Shown here: in pieces, positions 38,901 to 48,468 of the stretch
Layout: each line of letters starts with the position of its first letter
How positions within the stretch are numbered: the first letter of the stretch is position 1
Origin: Tubiluchus corallicola
Lineage: Eukaryota; Animalia; Priapulida
Length of the DNA: 64,000 nucleotides
Assembly (NCBI GenBank): GCA_030141605.1
Contig: JAQGDQ010000556.1
Coordinates: forward strand, 62,001-126,000
Reading direction: 5' to 3'
Program-made: the position numbers and the translations under genes
The notes under the pieces: generated by a model
Seen by the model: the letters and a program-made list of their open reading frames with translations, nothing else
Told to the model about the DNA's origin: nothing
Database searches by the model: none

Positions 38901-41900
38901 TGGCAAGTTTACATGTGTATCTAAAAGTCAACAAACATCTATAAATTACTTATTTACACAATTAATGTTAATTACTTACACATTTTAAGGTGTAATCTTG
39001 TATATTAAAGTAATGTAACCACTTTAAATTTGATCTAATTGATGACTAATTTCTAGATAACGACAGTTAAGAAACATAACATTAGAATAACTGAACTTCT
39101 AAGCAAACTGTAGAAACTTCTCAACGCGTACCTTCATCACAGCTTGCCTTCACGGCATTCACGCTGCCCAGCAGACACCAGTTTACGTCATTTTTTTTAA
39201 ATATGCCGGCAGCGACGTTCGTTTGGTGGGAGATTAAAAATATTTAAATTTCTTTTACATTTGTAAGCAGAGCATTTTACTCACATATTTGGTGTGGTGA
39301 TTTCAATATTTTTAATTGTACATTAAAATGCAATAAATGTTGTTCGAGGGTTGGTTCTTCCTTTAAATAAGCAGATGTGTATACTTTGCATGTGAGTGCC
39401 TATCTTTTGATAAATATATTTTTTTGCTTAACTTGGCTTATTGGCTTGTGTATTCCGTCAAAAGCACAAAAGGAATTCTAAATTAAAAACGCCGAAAAAT
39501 TTTGCAACTTTGTTGGGACTTGAACTCAAGACTTTCTGCTTCCCGAACACGTTTGCTAATCATCACGCTACGGAGATACCTGACTTTTCAGACTCAGAAA
39601 TGCCAATAGACATCTGTCGGATCATTGCTGATAGTAGACAGTAATGTCTTAATTTGCAATGCGAACGTAATTGCTATCAGTATTCAACTTCGTCGTTTTT
39701 GCTTTTATTTTGGTTAGTTTGTGGTGTCAGGCACTTGCGTTTAGCGAGCACACATTGAAATGATAAATGTGCTCAATGTTCTACTAAAAAGTTTTGAATT
39801 TGAAAAAGTGCTCAGGTCATTGGATAATGAACTGTTCGCAAATTGAATTATGTTGTTACTGGCAAATTAGATTGCTTTTAAGCCATTGTGAGATATTTTT
39901 TGCTTTGATTAAAATGTCTTGTGCTACAAATCTGTTATTGCATACTAAACAAAACATGTCATTTCAACTTACCTTTATTTAGATGGCAAATAATATTTTA
40001 AGAATTATATAGTAGTTTTTAATATTGTAAGTAAACGGTGCTAGCTTGTATGGTGTATGAAATGTTCGTACTAACAACCAAAGTTTAGATAGAACTGTAC
40101 TGCTGTTATTCTAGTTTCTTCACTCTTTGTACAATAAACTCCGCTTAACTGAAATCCAACTGGACCGAAAAAAGAACTTTCAGTGGGCGATGTTTTAAGT
40201 TGGACGATGTTGAGCAATTTCCAGCTTAGAGACTCTAAACCCCTCCTCCAGATGGCGAGCTAAATAGATGGCAGAAAGTCAACCCTTCTGTACATAAACG
40301 ATGAGATTTGATGACATTTACATAAGAAATAACAGAATAACAGACTGCATAAGAAATAACTTACATTAACTTCTCACGAACACAACTACGCTTAACTTAC
40401 ATTAACTTCACACGAGCACAATTACTCTTAACTTACATTAACTTCTCACGGACATAACTACTCTTAACTTACATTAACTTCTCACGGACACAATTACTCT
40501 TAACTTACATTAACTTCTCACGGACATAACTACTCTTAACTTACATTAACCTCTCACGGACACGACTACTGTTAACTTACATTAACCTCTCACGGACACC
40601 ACTACTCTTAACTTACATTAACTTCACATGGGCACAACTACTCTTAACTTACATTAACTTCTCACGGACACGACTACTGTTAACTTACATTAACTTCTCA
40701 CGGACGCAATTACTCTTAACTTACATTAACTTCTCATGGACACAACTACTCTTAACTTACATTAACTTCTCATGGACACGACAACTGTTAACTTACATTA
40801 ACTTCTCACGGACGCAATTACTCTTAACTTACATTAACTTGTCATAGACACAATTACTCTTAACTTACATTAACTTCTCACGGACACAATTACTCTTAAC
40901 TTACATTAACTTCTCACGGACACGACTACTCTTAACTTACATTAACTTCTCACGTACGTAATTACTCTTAACTTACATTAACTTCTCACGGACGCAATTA
41001 CTCTTAACTTACATTAACTTCTCACGGACACAACTACTCTTAACTTACATTAACTTCTCATGGACACAATTACTCTTAACTTACATTAACTTGTCACGGA
41101 CGCAACTATCCTTAACTTACATTAACTTCTCACGGACGCAATTACTCTTAACTTACATTAACTTGTCACGGACGCAACTATCCTTAACTTACATTAACTT
41201 CTCACTGACACAACTACTCTTAACTTACATTAACTTCTCACTGACACAACTACTCTTAACTTACATTAACTTCTCACGGTCGCAATTACTCTTAACTTAC
41301 ATTAACTTGTCACTGACGCAATTATCCTTAACTTACATTAACTTGTCACGGACACGACTACTCATAACTTACATTAACTTCTCACGGATACAATTACTCT
41401 TAACTTACATTAACTTCTCACGGATACATTTACTCTTAACTTACATTAACTTCTCACGGATACATTTACTCTTAACTTACATTAACTTCTCACGGACGCA
41501 ATTACTCTTAACTTACATTAACTTGTCACTGACACAACTACTCTTAACTTACATTAACTTCTCATAGACACAATTACTCTTAACTTACATTAACTTGTCA
41601 CGGACGCAACTATCCTTAACTTACATTAACTTCTCACGGACGCAATTACTCTTAACTTACATTAACTTGTCACGGACGCAACTATCCTTAACTTACATTA
41701 ACTTCTCACTGACACAACTACTCTTAACTTACATTAACTTCTCACTGACACAACTACTCTTAACTTACATTAACTTCTCACGGTCGCAATTACTCTTAAC
41801 TTACATTAACTTGTCACTGACGCAATTATCCTTAACTTACATTAACTTGTCACGGACACGACTACTCATAACTTACATTAACTTCTCACGGATACATTTA

Positions 41901-44900
41901 CTCTTAACTTACATTAACTTCTCACGGATACATTTACTCTTAACTTACATTAACTTCTCACGGATACATTTACTCTTAACTTGCATTAACCTCTCACGGA
42001 CGCAACTACTCTTAACTTGCATTAACTTGTCACGGACACAACTACTCTTAACTTACATTAACTTCTCACTGACACAACTATTCTTAACTTACATTAACTT
42101 CTCACGGTCGCAATTACTCTTAACTTACATTAACTTGTCACTGACGCAATTATCCTTAACTTACATTAACTTGTCACGGACACGACTACTCTTAACTTAC
42201 ATTAACTTCTCACGGATACAATTACTCTTAACTTACATTAACTTCTCACGGATACAATTACTCTTAACTTACATTAACTTCTCATGGATACAATTACTTA
42301 TCCTCTATCCAGCAGGTCACTATATAATAGGTTTAGAGACAGGCAATTTCTTCATATTAGTTCGTCACGTGCATTCGATATTTTGTTATATGTTAGACGT
42401 CATCCGGAACGGTTGAACGGTGAACCGATCGCAATTAATAACGTTTAAACGATTAGCTAAAAAACCTAACTGTCTCATGTCTCAGCCGTAGTAATGATTA
42501 AGTTATCTTTGAAATCACGGCACGGTTTAACCAGTTTGTGTGTATTTGCAGGTCTCGGCGGTTACGGCTCCGAGTCGGACGAAGAAGCGAGCCGGCAGGG
42601 ATCAGTGAGTGCGGCGGAGGATCGCGTCGGCGACGACGGAGACAGCGACAGCGACGCCGAGCTAGAGGCGCAGATTAGGAGGCGCAGGCTAGCATTCGAA
42701 AAGAAAATGGCTGCGCGCAGAGAGGAAGAAGAAAGAGTAAACAGTGGCGATTCGGAGAAAGAAAAAGCTTCTGAAACACAAGAAAATGATGAGGATGGTA
42801 ATTAGATACGTTAATTAAATAAATAAATAAATTATAAATAAATACTGAAAGGGGAAGAAAAGGGGTACAGTGTTCCCTCGCTACTTTGTGTATTGCGGAC
42901 TCGCTGGTTCGAGGGTTTTCAAAAATATTAATGTAAAATATTTATCGTGGTATTTTCGCTGTAGTCCGTCTAAAGTATTTTGCACATGCGTAGTACGTAT
43001 TCTACAGTAATGTATAGATTTGATGAATTTTGCATAAAAAAAATCGCAAAATGTATAAAAATATATTAAAAATAATAATTCTAACATTAAAAGATTATTA
43101 TAAATCATAAAAAATTACCATTTGCAGTAAATAGTGTATTTATTCGGCGGAACCTAGTCACTGGGGGGGGGGGCAAGCCAGCCCAACTCAGTGCCGGTCC
43201 CAAGCCCGGATAAATAGGGAGGGTTAGGGTCAGGAAGGGCATCCGCCTGTAAAAACTGCGCCAAAACCTTCTATGAATGAGTCGGTGAGACTTGAAGGTA
43301 AAGTCCACAAAGAAGTGGTCAGACCCGCTCTAATCTATGGGCTGGAAGCAGCTTCTCTAAAGAAGACCGAAGAGAAGAAAATGGGTGTGGTGGAGATGAG
43401 GATGTTGAGATGGATGGTGGAAATAACAAGAAGAGATAAAATTAGAAATAATAATATCAGAGGAACAGTAAAAGTAGTGGAAGCATCGAAAGATTGCGAT
43501 GGTATGAACACCTGAAAAGAAGTCGGTGAAGATCATGTGGAAAGGGAAGACATAAATGAATAGATGGTCAACAACAGGAATGCATGGAGAAGACTCATTC
43601 ACAACGGCGACCCCGCATAGGGAAAAGCTGGGAAGAAGAAGAAGAAGAAGTGTATTTATTCGGCGGATGAATACACACCAAAAACGAAATGTAGTACTTG
43701 CGCCCGCTTGAGATGCTACTTGCAGACGTGAGATTGTACGCAACACACGATTGGTTGATTGATGGAATGTAAAATAATGTATAAGTACTAAAATAAGTAT
43801 AGCTTCGCAGAATTTCGCTTATCGTGGGTGGGCCTGGAACGGAACAACCGCGATAAGTGAGGGAACACTGTATTCTAAGGTGTACTGCATAAAACCTTTC
43901 ATATTAAGTTATATTGCTTAGAATTATGGTTACCTGTTTGAAAAATTTACATAATTGGCAGAGAATTTTTTTTAGTAATTTAAAACACTTGCACCACCTG
44001 GTAAAGTGGCTTTGCATCGCCATCCAGTTGTACTACTGATTCACCATAAAGTACATGCAGTCATACCTCCGTTGTCGAACGTCTCCGTATTCGTAGAAAT
44101 CGGTTTTCGACCAGAAAATTCGAGTTGAAATTCTCTCCGCTCTCGACCAGAATTTCGGTACTCGACCAACCGCCAAACACGTGATGAATGCATGCGCGGC
44201 GAGCCGAGTAGAGCCGAGCGTAACCGACCGCGCCCGAGAGTAGTCACGCACAAGATTTGAATTGCCTAACATCGCTAAGTGCTTTCTACGCTTATTTTTC
44301 TCCGCTTTTCATGCAGGAACAATTATGTTTTTCTTTCAAAGTAATTCTATTATGATTTTCTTATCAATTATATCATAGCTACTGTTTGAAAAAACATTTT
44401 TGCATTATTATATTTCGTTTTAGTAATACTTTACTGTTCATTTGGTGCTTGAGAACGGATTATTTGCTATTAAATTATTTCTTATGGGAATAAATGATTT
44501 GGTACTCAACCAAATGGGTTTACAAACACTTTTTAGGAACGAATTATGGTCAAAAACAGAGGTACTACTGTAGTTAATCTTTTTGACCATATAATGTCAT
44601 TTAAACTTTTCCTTAGTTAACAAAGCTATGCTATGCAACGAACGCTCTGATCATTTTTTCAAACTATGCACAATGTTGCCTAAACTTGTTTCAAATGACT
44701 TGAAATGTCAAAATGGCTGCGCCTAACAGTCGTCGCTGGAGTTCAGGTTTACTGACAGCATGAAGTAATTCATACTTTAGCTTACTTTGTAGCAAAAAGT
44801 GTATGTTTAGCAAAAAATACACGTGCTCTGATTATTTTAGGCAAAGTTAGCTAAACTTGTTTCAAACGACTTACCATTAAAATGGCTACATGTAATTGCC

Positions 44901-47900
44901 ATCGCAGGAGTTTATATCTACAAGTTTTATATTGTGTTACTGCTAATGCAAGCGCTTTATGCAATAAGACAGTGTGTAAGTGATACAAAGTTTGAAAACA
45001 GATGTTTTAAGCTTCGCTTATGTGTTACTGCTAATGCAAACCCTTTATGCAATAAGACAGTGTGTAAGTGGTACAAAGTTTGAAAACAGATGTTTTAAGC
45101 TTTGCTTATGTGTTACTGCTAATGCAAGCCCATTATGCAATAAGACAGTGTGTAAGTGGTACAAAGTTTGAAAACAGATGTTTTAAGCTTCGCTTATGTG
45201 TTACTGCTAATGCAAGCCCTTTATGCAATAAGACAGTGTGTAAGCGGTACGAAGTTTGAAAATGAATGTTTTAAGCTTTGCTTATGTGTTACTGCTAATG
45301 CAAGCCCATTATGCAATAAGACAGTGTGTAAGCGGTAAGAAGTTTGAAAATGGATGTTTTAAGCTTTGCTTATGTGTTACTGCTAATGCAAGCCCATTAT
45401 GCAATAAGACAGTGTGTAAGTGGTAAGAAGTTTGAAAATGGATGTTTTAAGCTTTGCTTATGTGTTACTGCTAATGCAAGCCCTTTATGCAATAAGACAG
45501 TGTGTAAGCGGTACAAAGTTTGAAAACGGATGTTTTAAGCTTTGCTTATGTAGGCTATTTTCTGTGCTTCAAATACTTCAAGATAAATACCATTATTGTT
45601 TTATTAAAAAGGAACCATGACATACGGAGATTCTGATTAAATTTTTTTTGTGCGTCTCTTAGTTGCAAGACGACCCCAGCAAGATGAATCCGGAGTTGAT
45701 TCGGAGAACGTGGATTCAAATCCAGTGTTTAAGGAGAGCAGGCGACACAAGGGCATTCCTGGACTGGACGCTAAGAAGGAGAGCGACAGCGACGATTCCA
45801 GTTCCGATTCGGACAGCGATAGTGACGCCAGCGTGAAGCGAAAAGCTGGCAGTCTATTGCACGGCCAGAAGAGCAGCAAACATAGTGAACATCGTGAATC
45901 GCAGAGCAAAACACACGGCCGGCATTTGTCAAGCGGTGATCGTGGTAGAAAGCGAAGCGAGGAGAAGACAAGGAGAAGAGAATCTGATAGGCACAAGCAT
46001 AGAGACAGCGAAGACCGGTACCCTAAGCAGTATAGACAAGTAGAAAGGAGTAGAAGTAGGAGTAGAGAAAGAAGAAGACGTAGCCATAAGTCAGACGAGA
46101 GGCGAAAAGAGCGTAGGAGTAGGTCGTACAGTAAGGAACGAGAGAAGGATAGGGAGAGGCGTAGGAGGAAAGAGAGCACTTCTGAGAGGCGTAAAAGTCG
46201 AGACGACGATTCACGACACCGTAAAACTAGAGAGGAGGAATACGTGAGGCATAAAAGTAGAGAGGACAACAGGCGTTATAGAAGTAGAGATAAGGACAAA
46301 TACTCAAGGTCGCATAGGGATAGGGATGATGACAGTGAAAAAAGTCGACACCGGTCGCATCGGACGCTTAGCTCTAGCGCAAGTAAAAATCGTGGCTCTA
46401 AGAAGAAGCGAGAGAGAGAGCCGAGTTCCGAGAGCCAGACGAGTAATTCGAAAGAACGCTCGGCGAAGAAGAAGATGAAGAGAAAGAGCTCAAGCGTAGA
46501 AAAACGCTCGAAGCGCTCGAAGAGGAAATCTTCTAGCAGCTCCAGCAGCTCTTCGACTTCGGAAAAGTCGCCTAATAGGTCTGTATCCGATGATGATGAC
46601 GACGATGACGACGACGACAGCAGCAGCGTGCAGTCGGGTAAGCGGTCGAGTCGAAAACACAAGTCAAAATCCTCGCGTAAGTATCCAGTCTTTGTCGTAT
46701 GCGACATGCGAAATGTAGAAGCTTTGTGTTCATATTGTGTTGGTGGCATAGTTAGATTAGAGAAGTCCAGGGGGCAGCACTTGTTGTTTAATGCTCGGTT
46801 AAAAAGTTATCATTTTGTCAGCGTGGTAAGAAATCGAAAACGTGTGACGGATTGACTTTTCACGAAAACGTGAACTGCATTTCAGAAAATTTCGACAATG
46901 GACAACGGTACTGTAATGTTTACTTCGTTTTTTGTTCTCCTGCGTCAGACATTTTTTCCAAAAGTGCAGCGTATGTTTTACGTGATACGTATTGATATCT
47001 TCGCCTTCTTCTTCGTTAAAATTCAAAGCTAGTCTATAAGTATCGTAGTTTTTTGAAGCGCAGCGGTATGTGCGTTTCTTCACAGATCAGCGTTTTTTGC
47101 ATTTCTCCGCAAATTTGTCTCGCAATTTGCTAAGAGTGATAAAAATTTTTGTTGGCTTCTATAGAAACTTCAGTGGAAAGAAAAAATAACAGAATTCAGT
47201 TTTCCGTCAGTTATTTTTTGTCCTTTTTTTCTTCAATTAAGTTAATTTAAAGCAAAAATTGAAAAAAAACAAATTACCGTGTCCAGTACGGTAGTATTGC
47301 AGTTAATTTTTTTTTACTTTGGCCATAAACACAATGTCAACGTTTGGTTTATTGGCGTAAGTGTATGATGTATTTTTCGTTGGTGGGAGAATGGGTTAGG
47401 TGACATGCCAAGGTACCTCGGCGAGCGGGGAATGCTCTAACCAACGCCGTTGTATATTGCTTATTTTCCTGATCGCCTGTCAGTCGTTTTGTGTCCGTTA
47501 GGGGTGAGCGTTCGAGTTCGGGTTCGAACCAGTTTTTTAGTTCGAATTCGATTCAAACCTAAAATTTAGCTCTTCAACCGCATATGTTCTTCATCATTAA
47601 AATGCTCGAAACGTCGTTCAATTAGCACAATTTAGCTGCGATTTTTAAATAAATTATCAGCGGTTCATCGTCATCATCATCATCATCATCATCATCATAT
47701 GCCCGTCACGTCTATTGTAGACGTTGGACAGGCGGAATTCTAAAATAAAAGAAATCTGCCTTCAGACAGGTAAACGCAGCAGTAATCCAGCAAAAAAAAA
47801 CTAGACACTGCTACGCCAGTGGCTTGTCAGCACCACTTCCGAGTGTCAGCGGTTATACTGCAGAGCAAAATCGAGCAATATGCATGATCTTTGTAAGATC

Positions 47901-48129
47901 ACTTTTTACTGGTGGTTCGAAAGCTTATCCGAAAAAAATCTTTCAAACTCGATTCGAATTCGATTCGAAATACTAAAGCTTGTTTCGATTCTCATACCAA
48001 AATTCACAAATTCAATTCGATTCAAATTTCTTTTTGGGTGGAGAATGCTCACCTCTTGTGTCCGTTCGGAAGTGACGAGTTTCATCCTGTTTACTTGTAA
48101 ATCCTGATTTTTCTTTTGCAGGATCGTGA
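26878..48129 (+). CDS. PNISR: PNN-interacting serine/arginine-rich protein (PNISR/SFRS18), whole coding span, 11 exons, ~803 aa
   Basis: Exons 26878-26950, 28485-28646, 28852-29108, 30008-30188, 30825-31015, 31931-32050, 34606-34708, 38474-38530, 42552-42797, 45663-46676 and 48122-48129 are all GT-AG and phase-compatible (2412 nt). Motifs: DWAALAQQW, KRKQLPLWIRQGLEKME, TEVLLTVT, PAKQLA..SAL.SITG..GLGGYGS and an RS domain. Confidence 0.93.
28103..28285. repeat. ~78-bp direct duplication (period ~104 bp)
   Basis: acacaacaagtaattgcatacggtgc...gcaggactgaactgcca occurs twice. Confidence 0.88.
28485..28646 (+). CDS. PNISR: PNISR coding exon 2
   Basis: Acceptor ttgtag, peptide DWAALAQQWIAQKE, donor cag|gtactg in phase with the next exon. 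Confidence 0.88.
28852..29108 (+). CDS. PNISR: PNISR coding exon 3
   Basis: Acceptor tttcag, Pro/Gly-rich with IDYGH/IDYNHG repeats, donor cag|gtaaaa. Confidence 0.85.
29170..29830 (+). repeat. 11-bp minisatellite (tacaggtaaga) made of 5' splice-site consensus motifs
   Basis: About 60 units. A hand count gives ~35 CAGGTAA, of which 6 are CAGGTAAGT. Confidence 0.96.
30008..30188 (+). CDS. PNISR: PNISR coding exon 4
   Basis: Acceptor ctttag (phase 0), HGFADSVNY..DVPVI, donor cg|gtaagc (phase 1). Confidence 0.8.
30236..30637 (+). mobile_element. Truncated copy of the DNA element at 32765-33248
   Basis: About 400 bp closely matching 32765-33170. Confidence 0.85.
30825..31015 (+). CDS. PNISR: PNISR coding exon 5
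   Basis: DAQKRKQLPLWIRQGLEKME..KSRF, with ccag acceptor and gtaagt donor. Confidence 0.93.
31070..31541. repeat. ~87-bp diverged tandem repeat, ~5.5 copies
   Basis: Unit gggaaaaacgggattcgaatttgatt..tttcaaaagacactttatattgtgagattcggatt.gctccggattggaaaattatt. Confidence 0.88.
31931..32050 (+). CDS. PNISR: PNISR coding exon 6
   Basis: Acceptor gaatag, ESEDEES..RSPSPVKTEEERQQEL (120 nt, phase 0-0), donor gtttgt. Confidence 0.85.
32096..32562. mobile_element. piggyBac-type MITE
   Basis: TTAA|CCCTTTCACTACG ... CGTAGTGAAAGGG|TTAA. Confidence 0.88.
32765..33248 (+). mobile_element. Non-autonomous DNA transposon (CAGGG termini)
   Basis: TIRs are CAGGGATGAGAAT / ATTCTTATCCCTG. A second copy starts at 30236. 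The TSD is unclear. Confidence 0.8.
33498..34082 (+). mobile_element. Kolobok-like MITE
   Basis: Imperfect TIRs TTAA|AGGAAGACAGGA ... TCCGGTTTTGCT|TTAA. A related inverted copy lies at ~22027-22643. Confidence 0.55.
34606..34708 (+). CDS. PNISR: PNISR coding exon 7
   Basis: IMKTRRMMTEVLLTVTEELIHDISREVYKRALTK, the conserved PNISR helix, with gtcag acceptor and gtaagc donor. Confidence 0.92.
35265..35868. repeat. 54-bp minisatellite, ~11 copies
   Basis: Unit tgatccacctctgataacaatacctgtatgatgataatgatacacctggatcct. Confidence 0.96.
36608..37740. repeat. 35-bp minisatellite nested in a larger ~80-bp duplicated unit
   Basis: Unit cgtcaagaagtgtatcacatgcatttgacactgtt. The block caagaattgctctaaattta..tgaaac recurs at ~36608, 36688, 36917 and 37719. 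Confidence 0.94.
38474..38530 (+). CDS. PNISR: PNISR coding exon 8 (57 nt)
   Basis: VPAKQLAHTSALTSITGAI matches the conserved PAKQLA..SAL.S.TG motif. The acceptor is AAG and the donor ag|gtgagt. Confidence 0.9.
40357..42300 (+). repeat. 36-bp minisatellite, ~53 copies
   Basis: Unit cttaacttacattaacttctcacggacacaattact. It explains the LTYINFSRTQLL ORFs. Confidence 0.97.
42552..42797 (+). CDS. PNISR: PNISR coding exon 9
   Basis: GLGGYGSESDEE..DSDAELEAQIRRRRLAFEKK, with ttgcag acceptor and gtaatt donor. Confidence 0.92.
42868..43870. mobile_element. Tc1/mariner (Tigger-like) MITE interrupted by the RTE-derived element
   Basis: TA|CAGTGTTCCCTC ... GAGGGAACACTG|TA. Confidence 0.85.
43151..43650 (+). 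mobile_element. Bipartite non-autonomous RTE-derived retroelement (copy 2)
   Basis: The TSD is tgtatttattcggcgg (43135-43150, 43651-43666). It has the same 5' end, internal junction and (GAA)n tail as the copy at 5549-6044. Confidence 0.9.
44058..44570. mobile_element. Degenerate Tc1/mariner-type MITE
   Basis: Left end CAGTCATACCTCCGTTGTCGAAC versus right-end reverse complement CAGTAGTACCTCTGTTTTTGACC. TA is present on the right only. Confidence 0.5.
44930..45552. repeat. 88-bp tandem repeat, ~7 copies
   Basis: Unit tatgtgttactgctaatgcaagccc(a/t)ttatgcaataagacagtgtgtaag(t/c)ggtacaaagtttgaaaacagatgttttaagctttgct. Confidence 0.95.
45663..46676 (+). CDS. PNISR: PNISR coding exon 10 (RS/charged domain)
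   Basis: Acceptor ctcttag (phase 1), a long R/S/K/E-rich ORF, donor c|gtaagt. Confidence 0.9.
47499..48057. mobile_element. Degenerate MITE rich in TTCGAA motifs in the last PNISR intron
   Basis: Imperfect TIRs TAGGGGTGAGCGTTC / GAATGCTCACCTCTT, with clustered ttcga(a/t) subterminal repeats. Confidence 0.45.
48122..48129 (+). CDS. PNISR: PNISR terminal coding micro-segment (..R S stop)
   Basis: Strong acceptor tttttcttttgcag. C+GA TCG TGA completes KHKSKSSRS*. Confidence 0.75.
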
Positions 48130-48381
48130 AGTCGACCGATTTATCCGGGATGCCATGTAAGTGTACAGTACAATGTAGCCTTTGTAAATAGCTAGCCGTA
48201 GTTCCACGGTTTCGACAAAAATTGTGCATTTTGTGTAGTTAAATGGTTCTTAGACACAATTCTTGTAATATAATTTAGAGGTGCTGTTAATTACAATCGA
48301 TCGTCAGGTTACTGAATGAATTTCTGGTCAAGTTTGACTGCGGTTCGGACGTAATGATCAGGCAGGCCATGAAGGACCTTT

Positions 48382-48468
48382 TCCTTAGAATGATTCTTGA
48401 ATTAAAGATTTCCTTAGAATGATTCTTGAATTAAAGATCTCCTTAGAATGATTCTTGAATTAAAGATC
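48382..48468. repeat. 29-bp tandem repeat x3
   Basis: Unit tccttagaatgattcttgaattaaagat(t/c), in the presumptive PNISR 3' UTR. Confidence 0.9.

Noticed and set aside
41091-42416. Leu-rich repeat-like ORFs (LTYINFSRTQLL)
   Set aside because: They are a by-product of a 36-bp satellite inside a PNISR intron.
45637-46749. Antisense ORFs over the RS exon
   Set aside because: Shadow frames of low-complexity coding sequence.
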